This document shows, in pieces, positions 35,868 to 47,484 of a DNA stretch of 64,000 nucleotides; within the stretch, counting starts at the first letter, position 1; every line of letters begins with the position of its first letter. The notes beneath the pieces were generated by a model. The model made no database searches. It was not told the origin of the DNA and saw nothing but the letters and a program-made list of their open reading frames with translations. Origin of the DNA: Oikopleura dioica. Taxonomy: Eukaryota > Animalia > Chordata. The DNA lies in contig OU015569.1 of the NCBI GenBank assembly GCA_907165135.1, positions 7,564,001-7,628,000 on the forward strand. Direction: 5' to 3'. Made by a program: the position numbers and the translations under genes.

Positions 35868-38800
35868 TTAATAGTTGATATGGGCGTTGAAAAACGTCGC
35901 TTGCGCCAGGAGGTCAATGAGAAAAGCGCCTTTCTTACCCCAGAAGTATAGTTTAGTAGAGCTTGTATGCCATTCGAATCCATCGATGCGCATACGCTCA
36001 GGTGAAGTAAAAAGCTCAATAGGTTGCAGATCTGCTGCTTTCAGGAAAATAATAAATACAGAAAAGTTATGGGAGAAAACGAAATAACGAACACATGGCG
36101 AGAATGAATACGCCGAAATAGGGGAACTTGAATCAGGAGCAGAGAAGGTCAATATATTTTCTGGAGAAAAAGAATCTTTATCTTCAAACATCCAAAGCCG
36201 AAGACTACAGTTTGATATTGATGCAAGGTAAATGATCTAGAAATGCTTTATGAGGATAAACTACTCAAACAAAACTAACCTTTGAAGAAGGAAAGGATTT
36301 CCAGAGGATACCCTGTTTCGGGCTTTTCGAGTTAGTGCAGCAGCTTTGAAATGGAGGTAGTGTAAGATGAATAATTGGTTCATTAGTTTGATCTGACAGA
36401 CTCCAAACGTGAATATTGCCATTCTGCGAGAGGGAAGCCAATAAACCACTAGAAATGTCAAGACTTGTCCTGTCAACTTTGTCTGAGAGATTCTGAAACT
36501 CGTCGACAACCGGGCATATAGAATGAGGTTCTGTCGAACGAAGGTCGACTTTCTGAAAGAGCTCAAAAGGAAAAATAGAATCGATTCAAACTACCTTAAA
36601 AGAGAAGAGATCGCTTGCTCCATCGCCGTTTGCATTCAAGAAAACAGAGATTTGTATAATCGTGAAACTTCCAACTGAAATAATGAATTGTCTCGAGGAG
36701 CACCAGTGGATATCTTTTGCGTAGCCTTCAACATTGATCTGAGTGGATTTTATAAAGCCGTATTTGCCATTTTTTCGATCCCAAACGCAAATGCGTCCAT
36801 CCTTTCCACCAGACGCCACTAAACAACCATCTGGAGACCATCTAATTGTGAGAACTTTTTCTGTGTGAGAAGATTCTCCGTTGGTTCCTAAATGATCTTT
36901 ATATATTTTCTTTCATAGTTTATCCGTACCTTTCAAATGGAGTATATAACTTCCGTCAAAATCATAAATGCAAGTGAGGCCACTCTCGTAGCCGAACGCG
37001 ATCTGACAGTTTTCAGCGCAACGAAAGTCAAATGCTGAGACTTTTTCTTTCTCTCGAACGATCTCTTTGGTGACATTGCTGGAACTCTTCAATTTTAGCT
37101 CGAATGATGTGCTTGATGAGCCGATCACGCATATTTTATTCTCAAGGAGATTCTGAACGACTGCACTGGTTTCTTTCTCAGAGATTCGTTGAATTCCTTG
37201 AGTTGAAAATGATTTGAAGCAAAACTTCTGGACGATTTCGAGATCTTCACGGGTTCCGTAAAGCTCTGTAAGAAAGTTTCTATTCCCCTTTTCGCTAGTT
37301 GGGAAGGATATTGACAGAAACGAGTACAAAATTGGAATTATTTGCGGAAACTTGTCGAGCCAATACTTGCAGAAGGATTCTTTAATAAGCGGACTCGATG
37401 AAAACACAGTCGGCGTTTCTGCATTGGCGATTTCTTTCTCGCAAAATTCGGTAAAATGTGCTGATTTGTTGCGGATAGCTTTCACCAAGTCGATAAAGGT
37501 GCGTTGATAGGCGTCAACGATCTTTCCTTTTTTTGCGTGGCCAAGGTGTTGTCTTCGAAGATGCTTGCAAATTTGGTCGCGCCAGTCTAGCTCGTCAAAC
37601 TGATAGTCCATGCATAGGATAGCATTTTCATCTGCATTCTTGAGTAAATCGTAGCACTTCTCAATATAATCGAGCTTCTCGATCTCGTTGAAGAAAGCGG
37701 GATGCTTGGTAATGGCTTCGACGCTTATTCGCTCGGTGAGATCGTTTTTTAACATAGTCTCGAGGAGTTGCTTGAAAATGGAATCCATGACGGCTTCTAG
37801 CGACGGCTCTTCCAGTGGAATTTTGTACCATTCATTTCCGAACGGATGGCCCCCGTCAGTCAGCACGAAGTAAATAACCAGACCCAAAGAATAGATATCC
37901 GACTTTTCGTTGGCTTTCTGAAACTTTCCGCCGCTATTCGAGAGGGTTTCAGGCGCGCTTTCGAGAGGTTCTTTGTGCTCTACTTATAACAAACAATGAT
38001 TTATGAATGAAAAATGAAGAACCTGTGCCTATAAGCGAGAGTACCACAGTAGGAGGTGTGAGAAGTTGCCTTCGCGATGGTGTCATCAGATTTTGTGATT
38101 TTACTCAAAGCAAAGTCTGATAGTGCGCAAGAATAGCCATTGTTTTCCCTCTGAATGAGGATATTTTCTGGCTTCAAATCGCGATGGATAATTTTTTCTT
38201 TTTTCGAGTGCGAGGAGTGAAGATACTGGATTCCGTCTACGATTTCTTTGAGTAATTTACGTTTTTCTTCTGCGGTTGGAGTCTCGTCACGGATCAACTT
38301 TGCTAAATCCAAATCGTACTTCTTCATGAAAATATCTAAGTGCCAATGGCCGTCTATCATCTCGTATTTACTGTATAAATAGCGGCAGATATTCTTGTGT
38401 TCATAATGGCTAAAGAAAATTTTCAAATATAGAATCTTTCGGATAGGAATTATCTTCTTATTAAAAATAATAATGAGTAAATTTTAAAAGTAAATGTAAA
38501 TTACCGAAGTACATCGATTTCGCGTTGGATTTTCGTTCTTGTATGTTCATCAATTTTCTGCCGCTTGACCGCGACAACACGTCCTTCGAGCTGTCCCTCG
38601 TAGACAGTGCCAAAGCCTCCAGTGCCAAGAATTTTTGGCTGACGGTAGCCTCGCCAGGGATTCCAATTTTAGGGAGTGCAAGGACATCATGAAAGGGCTG
38701 ACGCGTCTGGAGCTGTTGTCGGAGAGCCTGGTTTTCGGCCTCGAGAGAGCGCACGCGTTCCTCAAGAGTTTCAACAATATCCGTCAGTCTTTGCACCTCG

Positions 38801-38933
38801 TTACGCGAAGAGTAACATAAATGCTCAAACTCACTCCCTAGATCCCGGTACTAAATTAAGTTAAATATATCACCAAAGTGGCGTAAATTTGTACCTGTCT
38901 GAGAAGGGAGTCATATTCTTCGCTGTGGGTCAT
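35868..38933 (-). CDS. Cytosolic coiled-coil + IRE1/RNase L-like kinase + KEN ribonuclease + WD40 repeat protein
   Basis: MTHSEEYDSLLRQ/VQRLTDIVETLEERVRSLEAENQALRQQL (coiled coil). Kinase IIHRDLKPENILI, LSDFALSK, APE, SDIYSLGLVIYFVLTDGGHPF. KEN LDWR...YQRTFIDLVKAIRNKSAHF...YWLDKFPQII. WD40 SHTEKVLTIRWSPDGCLVASGGKDGRICVWD, LLASLSQNGNIHVWS, LASISNCSLRLW; stop at 35868. No signal peptide or TM. Confidence 0.85.
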
Positions 38934-39001
38934 CTCTCGCGGCTCGAAAACTCATTCTAACGTGATGCGTCTTTGTAAGGGTGATAATAAAAGGGAAAGC
39001 G

Positions 39002-40110
39002 TCAACGATTTTGAACTTGAAGGAGCGATGAGTCGAAGCCTAGGCTTGACAATGGTACAGTACAGTAGTCAATTACAGTTGACGGAACAGTGGGTTCTTC
39101 GGGGGATACAGCTAGTATTCACGGTTTAGTTGTCTTAGTGCACATTTTACTTACTAATAGAGGACAGGGCTTTCATGCAAACACAAGCACTTTCATCGCC
39201 TTTGCCACAGCGCTGATCAAGATCCCAAATGACGTCGATAGGAATTCCAGCCTTGACGGCGTCCGCATGTCGAATGATGAAAATAATGACCGAAAAAGGC
39301 ATGTAGCAGGCTATTGAATCAGTTTATTCTTTGACGCGTTCGAGAACATACCTAGAAAAATTGCAGTAATCAAAGAATACCAGGACCATTTTAGAGCATG
39401 CACCGTCAGTCCGTTTGCTTTCTTGTTTGAGTTCTTATGAAGCAATTCAATGAAAGAGAGCTCGACCTTAGAAAACTTTTCCTCCAAGCGATTAAGAACA
39501 AGAGCTTTTTTCGCCAGGCTGAGCAAATAGGACGCGTAGATGTACATGCCGATATTAAAGAGACCAAGAAATGGATTTATCGCGAAACTAGAAAAGGAAA
39601 ACTATCCGAGGACTCTCATCAAAGCAAATTACAAAAATATCAAGCTACATGCGTTCCGCGGCGCTCGGACCATTCTATTCATCATGTCTTCCCTTTCTTG
39701 TTCGGTGTCTTCGAAGTACTTCTCGGATCGTTTCTCTCGGATATCATGCACCTGATCTCAATTGACGAGCGAAACGGATAGGAACTACCTTTCTGGTGGG
39801 GAGGCTTTGGAAAAAAGAGTTGCCATTTGGTCGCTTCCACCTAAGCTCCTGTTGCTGGTCGATTCGCTTGTTCCGAGAGATGCGCTTCGACTCTCCAAAG
39901 CGTCGCATTATTCGCGCAGGGACACCCTCGATTGTTTCTCTTTTCGAAGCCAAACAGTTCTCCACATTGAGTGTTCTAGAAGTTGCTTCTACTCTTCGTC
40001 GAAAACATACTCAACAGAACAGTCTGCTCGATAGCTGAAAAATTAAATCCCCTTTGGCCAATCAGAAGTCTTCTGTCGCGCCACTGTCGCGCTTGTCTTC
40101 CTGTACTCAT
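39002..40110 (-). CDS. Uncharacterised small membrane protein (2-3 hydrophobic segments), multi-exon
   Basis: Exons join through 37-70 nt introns into ...FAINPFLGLFNIGMYIYASYLLSLAKK...ALKWSWYSLITAIFL/ACYMPFSVIIFII...; probable stop TGA 39002-39004. Start codon tentative. Confidence 0.55.
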
Positions 40111-40277
40111 AAAATCAAATTCAAAAGAGATCTTCGTCCGAAGCACCAACAACTGTGGTCGTCATTACCGTACCTTACGGTCAGTAAAAATTCCGGCGTA
40201 AGTAGGTGAATTAAAGTGGTCATATTGAATCAGATCAGAAGAAATTCTCCTCAAGACGATAATCATTATCAATTTAG

Positions 40278-41783
40278 ATGGAAGCGCTCCCAGACGAAAT
40301 TGTTCTGAAGATTTTTGGAATCTTGGAAAGAGAAGAAGAATCATTTCGGTGCAAAGAGTTGCGGAACGTCTCCCAAAGTAGTCTCAGAATGGAAGAAATT
40401 TTTTTCAGAATGAAGAAGCGCTATCTTACACTAGGCAGGGATCTTAATTTCTGCTGAAAATCAATGGCGGTCGCTATGCAGATAATTCCGAAAAATTTTT
40501 GCAATCGCAAAAATTTCGCAAATTGGGATTTTCGCGAAGAAACTTAGATCCCCGACACTAGGAGAGCTTTGCTAGTAAAATTGACTTAAAAATATTTGTG
40601 AGAAAGATGACATAAAGCCAGACAAAGACGAAACCGAAATATTGCGCATTCGTAAATCACACGATGAAAACGATCAGCACATTGCAGATATTCTCAAGAG
40701 CCCCAACATCGGTACTCTTTCGCATTTGACACTTCGTGGTTTCGATCGTTACTTCCGGAAGATTCTCGGCCTCGTCATTGAGAACGCCGAGTTCAATTCT
40801 CTGCGATCATTTTCAATCGAAGCCTCTTCGGGGGGATTCGTTTTTGAGGAGTTCAGGAATGAGTTTAAGAATGCTTTATGAAAATCAACGAGGAATCAGT
40901 AACTGTTATAAACTTGATGTTGAGAAAGAGCGCACAAATTAGTTCCAAGATTTTTTTCTTTAAATTAACTTGAACTCAACAAGGAAACGCTTGATAACTT
41001 CTTTCGAGTTTTAATAAATGAGCGCTGGCATATACAAGATTATTGGGTAAATCTCTTTCTGGACCGCACTTCGCCGCAATGATGGCTAGTCAACTAGGAA
41101 TAAACTAACAAGTCGGTCAAACGTTTCTCTCTTTCGAGCGCTTACAGGTCCTTCCTGGCAGATAAATGTGCTCAACTAGAATCTTTTACGGCTCGAAACT
41201 TCTTCCCGATGAAAGCAGGAGTTATCGGTTCACTGAGTTTCATTCCGACTCTTACGCATTTAGAACTGGTCGACTCAGAATACGGGATCTAATGTTATCT
41301 AATCACTGATTAGATTTATCCATCTAAAATGCAGCGTTCATCCCTTACCAAGGTCCAATAAACCCTGCTTTCAACTTTTCCTTTCCAAATCTGCGGTCTT
41401 TCAAATGCTGCCAACAAAGGAATCAAGAGGTTTGCAATAAACGAAAATCTCCGGAGAGATCCACGCCAAAATAAAAACATCGGAGATAACTCATCGTTGA
41501 TCCCTTAGACGCTGAAGTTATCTGTTCTTCCAGTTAGAAAGCGCTTTCAACTGCCATCCTTGGAATTCTTGCACATTGAAAATGTGCAATTTTCTTCACC
41601 AGTGAGCTTCTCCCCTTCCCCAAACTGAGACGATTTTATTTAGAAGACCAAAACACAGTTTATATTCAACTTGTTCTGTCTGCCTTCTTAAAGCTTTCAC
41701 CACTTGAAATCATCGCTCCAGTTTCTGAAACAGCGTTTGTGATCTGCGAAGAGACCGAAAGATTTGAATTCCTTTCGCAATAA
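40278..41783 (+). CDS. F-box plus leucine-rich-repeat-like protein (possibly degenerate)
   Basis: ATG directly after TTTAG gives MEALPDEIVLKIFGILE (F-box start LPxEIxxKIF). Later LRR-like segments LSHLTLRGF, LRSFSIE, LTHLELVD, LEFLHIENV. Several stops could not be bridged with canonical introns. Confidence 0.55.
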
Positions 41784-42252
41784 AGTTCGAAACAACCTTT
41801 CTTTATTTCTTCGCTGTTCGTTTTCAGTCTATAGAGACTATAGTCTATAGAGATTTTTGAATTTATCGACGCTGGAGGTCTCTCACATGATAATTATTTA
41901 TATTGTTGTCTTTTTAGACGCCTTTCAAAGGTCATAAAAAATCGTCTCGCTCTGACGAAAATCTAGGCCAAGTTGTCTTATAAATAAATATCGCTGCTAG
42001 ATATCTGCATCATGCCCTTTTGAAATAATGAAGATCCATGCCTTTATGAATATTATGCGGGACGGACGTCTTTCTCGTATTGATATTTATTATGATTCGG
42101 TTAAATGTCAGCAAAAGCAAGCCGCATATCAAATTTCATCGGGCTTTTGACGATGGGCTTAAGCCAGGGCGCCCTCTTCTTTTACGTATTATTAGAATCC
42201 GAAACATAGAGACCAGGCAATAAAGAGAAGTCAACTTGGAGTTATATTTCCG

Positions 42253-45200
42253 ATGAGAGTTCTGGCCTCTTTGCTTGCAGGGCAGGCCTTTGCAGCTAAC
42301 ACCTGTGAGGTTAACTCTGACAGGAACGGACATATTTGCCTATTTTGATTAAAACAGGTCTAAGAGAATCAGAAAATATATCCCGGATGAAGGTCCAAAA
42401 GCGCAATCTGCTCTGCACTTGTTGCTTTTTGCAATACTAACTCTGGTCTTTCTGGCTGTTCAGGTAAACTTAAAATATATTTTGCAATTATTTTATGCAT
42501 GCGCAAACAATAAATTTCTGAACCAAATTCGCAAATAAAAACTTTAGCCCAGAATTTCACAACAAGAAATTGCTGCGAAAATGATCTTACTAGCTGTTCA
42601 AAAGCGCAAGTGATAGAAGAAGGAAGTGCTGCGTACCAAGAAAAATTTGCTAGCGGGGGTCATTGTAATCACAAAACTACGATTCGGGTGGACCCTCCGA
42701 AAGAATGCATAGCAAAAGAAAGTATGAGCAGTGTTAATATCTGCTGGAAGCTTAAATGGTATTGTCACGATCCAACTGCCCAGGAGAGCAAAAAAATATT
42801 CTAGCTTGGATTAACTTTATTGGTATTTAAAAATTTCTCTTCGATTATCGAAGTTCGATATATCGAAATTTCAATGCTAAAAAGGGTATTTACGCAATGA
42901 TGGATGGAAACGGCCCTTGCGGAAACAATCAATGGGCTACGGTCGGCTGTTGCTACGCTGGCGATGCTGGAGCTAGCTGTAATCGTGCTCAACTCCTTCA
43001 AGATACTACCGAAATAGCAGACTACTTTTACCGAGGTAGTGGAAACTGTAATACTGCAGATTTCGTCTTGGCTGATCGTGATATTCCAACTACAACAACA
43101 ACAACGACGACGACAACTACTACGACAACGACGACCACCACATCGCCGCCGCCGCCACCCCGATGCGAATCAAGAAGGGATAAAGGAAAGAATGCAGTCT
43201 GCGCTAGATTGAATTCAATCTGTTCGGGCTCGACTCTCACTTCTTGCGCAGTCGAGAATTGGACAACAAAAGCATGCTGTGAGGGATCAGCATCTTGCAC
43301 TGCGGCAGAGGTATTTGCGGATGGTGATCTGATCTTTGAAGAAAACTATCGAAATGGCGGCAGCTGTAACGCTAAGGAAAACATTCACATTGAAGAAGAA
43401 ACTCCAAACCGCTGTTCCGTGCTTCGATCTAAGTCAACAGTGGATATTTGCTGGATGATGAAATGGTACTGCCATGATCCAAATGCTAAAGGAACAATTG
43501 ATATGACCCTCGGAAGTGGTCCATGCACAAACGCGGCTTGGGGAACCATCGGTTGTTGCTATGCGGGAGACAATGGTGCTGGATGCAACAGGGACAGTAT
43601 TCTTGCGGACGCTGACGATATGGCTGACTATAGATTCCGAACACTCGAAAACTGTCCAACTCAGGACTTCTTTCAGGAAGCTCGACCGGCTCCGACAACC
43701 ACAACGACGACGACAACCACCACAACAACAACAACTCAGCCACCAGGACCCTGGATTGTCGGAGAGACGGAAGTTTTCTTCGACGACTTTACTGACTACA
43801 ACACTTTCAGAGATCAATGGATAGTCGAAGTTACGCCAGACCCTCACAATAATGAGTATCAGTATTACACAGATCGAAAGGCAAATGCAGATGTTATTGA
43901 TGGAAAACTTGTCCTTACTGCAAAGAGAGAAAATTTTGGCCATCGACAATACACCTCCGGACGTGTCGTATCCAAGTACGCTTTCAAATATGGAAAGATT
44001 GAGGTTGTCGCTAAGACTCCGGCTGGCCGCGGTCTTTGGCCCGCCATCTGGCTCTTGCCCGAAGAAGATGTCTGTGGCGGTTGGCCACGATCTGGTGAGA
44101 TCGACATTTTTGAAGGACGAGGTCAAAATCCACAAGAAATGGTTTCTACGATTCATTTCGGGCCCCTCTGGCCAAATAACCAGTATCTTCATGGTCCAAA
44201 TATTCAATCTGACTGCGATTATACTGCTGGCTTCCATAAATGGACACTTGAATGGACTCCAAACGAATTGGTCTATTCGTTCGATGATGAAGTGATGTAT
44301 ATCCAGTCGCTTGATACAGTCATTGACTCATATTACGGAAACAACTGGCAGAGACCCTTCGATCAATATTTCCATATTATTCTCAATACTGCTGTTGGTG
44401 GTGATTTTGTTGATGGGCCCGACGCAAACGACGTGTGGGACTATCCAGAAGCAGAATTTCAAATCGAGTCAGTGAAAATTACACCTTTTACTGACATAAT
44501 TGATCCAGCTAAGACTACTTGCGAAACCTCTTCCCATTGCAATAATTGCAAAGCTGACACAGATTTCTGCAGCGGTCAAAATAGTTATGAAAAATATATC
44601 TTACTCAGCAATCCAGTTAATCCTGTTCAATGTACGGCCAATACAGGAAAAAGCAACACAGATCTTTGTTGGGGAATGAAGTGGTTCTGCCATGATCCAA
44701 ACGCACAGAGTCCATTCAATTGGGGAAGTATGGCTGTTTGTAATGGTCAATGGGAAACGATTGGCTGCTGCTATTCTGGAGACAACGGCGCTGGTTGCAA
44801 CCGCAATAGTCTTCTGGCTGACGTGAGTGATTTGGGAGCAAAAGTTTACGAGGTGACTGGAGAGTGTACAAACAGGCGAGGACAAGATACTAACGGCGCC
44901 ATCATCAAACTTGCAGGCGATTTGTCAGTTTCCTGTGCATCTGAGCCGACAACAACAACAACTACAACTACAACTACAACAACGACAACTACAACTACAA
45001 CGACGACGACAACTACTACGACAACGACGACCACCACATCGCCGCCGCCGCCACCCAGATGCGAATCAAGAAGGGATAAAGGAAAGAATGCAGTCTGCGC
45101 TAAATTGAATTCAATCTGTTCGGGCTCGACTCTCACTTCTTGCGCAGTCGAGAATTGGACAACAAAAGCATGCTGTGAGGGATCAGCATCTTGCACTGCA

Positions 45201-47048
45201 GCAGAAGTATTTGCGGATGGTGATCTGATCTTTGAAGAAAACTATCGAAATGGCGGCAGCTGTAACGCTAAGGAAAACATTCACATTGAAGAAGAAACTC
45301 CAAACCGCTGTTCCGTGCTTCGATCTAAGTCAACAGTGGATATTTGCTGGATGATGAAATGGTACTGCCATGATCCAAATGCTAAAGGAACAATTGATAT
45401 GACCCTCGGAAGTGGTCCATGCACAAACGCGGCTTGGGGAACCATCGGCTGTTGCTATGCGGGAGACAATGGTGCTGGATGCAACAGGGATAGTATTCTT
45501 GCGGACGCTGACGATATGGCTGACTATAGATTCCGAACACTCGAAAACTGTCCAACTCAGGACTTCTTTCAGGAAGCTCGACCGGCTCCGACAACCACAA
45601 CGACGACGACAACCACCACAACAACAACAACTCAGCCACCAGGACCCTGGATTGTCGGAGAGACGGAAGTTTTCTTCGACGACTTTACTGACTACAACAC
45701 TTTCAGAGATCAATGGATAGTCGAAGTCACGCCAGATCCTCACAATAATGAGTATCAGTATTACACAGATCGAAAGGCAAATGCAGATGTTATTGATGGA
45801 AAACTTGTCCTTACTGCAAAGAGAGAAAATTTTGGCCATCGACAATACACCTCCGGACGTGTCGTATCCAAGTACGCTTTCAAATATGGAAAGCTTGAGG
45901 TTGTCGCTAAGACTCCAGCTGGCCGCGGTCTTTGGCCCGCCATCTGGCTCTTGCCCGAAGAAGATGTCTATGGCGGTTGGCCACGATCTGGTGAGATCGA
46001 CATTTTTGAAGGACGAGGTCAAAATCCCCAAGAAATGGTTTCTACGATTCATTTCGGGCCCCTCTGGCCAAATAACCAATATCTTCATGGTCCAAATATT
46101 CAATCCAACTGCGACTATACTGCTGGTTTCCATAAATGGACACTTGAATGGACTCCAAACGAATTGGTCTATTCGTTCGATGATGAAGTGATGTATATCC
46201 AGTCGCTTGATACAGTCATTGACTCATATTACGGAAACAACTGGCAGAGACCCTTCGATCAATATTTCCATATTATTCTCAATACTGCTGTTGGTGGTGA
46301 TTTCGTTGATGGGCCTGACGCAAACGACGTGTGGGACTATCCAGAAGCAGAATTTCAAATCGAATCAGTGAAAATTACACCTTTTACTGACATAATTGAT
46401 CCAGCTCAGACTACTTGCGAAACCTCTTCTCATTGCAATAATTGCAAAGCTGACACAGATTTCTGCAGCGGTCAAAATAGTTATGAAAAATATATCTTAC
46501 TCAGCAATCCAGTTAATCCTGTTCAATGTACGGCCAATACAGGAAAAAGCAACACAGATCTTTGTTGGGGAATGAAGTGGTTCTGCCATGATCCAAACGC
46601 ACAGAGTCCATTCAATTGGGGAAGTATGGCTGTTTGTAATGGTCAATGGGAAACGATTGGCTGCTGCTATTCTGGAGACAACGGCGCTGGTTGCAACCGC
46701 AATAGTCTTCTGGCTGATGTGAGTGATTTGGGAGCAAAAGTTTACGAAGTGACTGGAGAGTGTACAAACAGGCGAGGACAAGATACTAACGGCGCCATCA
46801 TCAAACTTGCAGGCGATTTGTCAGTTTCCTGTGCATCTGAGCCGACAACAACAACAACTACGACTACAACAACTACAACTACAACAACGACGACTACATC
46901 TACAACTACAACTACAACTACAACAACGACGACGACAACTACAACTACAACAACTACAACGACGACTACAACTACGACAACTACAACTACAACTACAACT
47001 ACAACAACGACGACTACAACTACAACCACAACAGGTAATCAACTATGA
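42253..47048 (+). CDS. Large secreted beta-1,3-glucanase-type protein: signal peptide, Cys-rich modules, Thr-rich linkers and two GH16 domains
   Basis: MRVLASLLAGQAFA signal peptide and three small 5' exons, then a 4.15-kb exon (ORF 42897-47048). Each GH16 has YTSGRV, PAGRGLWPAIWLLP, WPRSGEIDIFEGRG (intact EIDxxE catalytic motif), FHKWTLEW and PFDQYFHIILNTAVGG. Confidence 0.93.
43100..46862 (+). repeat. Near-identical intragenic tandem duplication, period 1896 bp
   Basis: CATCGCCGCC occurs at 43141 and 45037 (offset 1896), and the ORF-track shadows repeat with the same offset (43434/45330). Only five amino-acid differences seen between the copies. Confidence 0.97.
46845..47034 (+). repeat. 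(ACN)n Thr-codon microsatellite (about 63 codons); shorter tracts at 43087-43140, 43693-43737, 44947-45040, 45589-45633 and 48014-48080
   Basis: ACA/ACT/ACG/ACC runs encoding poly-Thr mucin-like linkers. Confidence 0.95.
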
Positions 47049-47484
47049 GTAACTAAAATTTTGGAGAATAACAATTCCAGAACAAAATCTTTGCTAAGAT
47101 TCTTTGTCTTTCCTAATTCTTGAGAGACTAAATGTGATAACAGAACAAAATGGTTCAATATGAATGATATAAGATCATATATATTATATAGTATGAATCT
47201 CATTTCAACTTGTTGATCGAAATTATCTCAGGATGATTCATTCGATTATCTACTTAAATTATATAAGTTATATATATATACCTCAGATAGTATACTTTAT
47301 ATATATAAGTAGTTTTAAATTTTCTCACCACTTATTTTGCACGTTTTTGCTGCTAGTCGGACCCAATAGGCTCCCACAACCTGTACGTCCAGTTGCATCT
47401 GCGGTTTTCAACTGCTACATAAATAGCAGAATATGACTTTGGTTTATCATCGACAGCACTTCGGTAGAAAAATTTTCGCGAAAA

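Noticed and set aside
39002-40110. GPCR assignment (IFLACYMPF resembles the TM6 FxxCWxP motif)
   Set aside because: Only 2-3 hydrophobic segments, no DRY or NPxxY motif, and no room for TM1-4 before the divergent F-box gene.
42897-47048. Recent bacterial horizontal transfer of GH16 (long intronless exon)
   Set aside because: The gene has 5' introns and a eukaryotic signal peptide, and EIDxxE GH16 proteins are widespread in invertebrates; only a phylogeny could support transfer.
43028-47052. Poly-Val, poly-Gln and Cys/Ser-rich ORFs overlapping the GH16 gene
   Set aside because: Alternative-frame and antisense shadows of the ACN Thr repeats.
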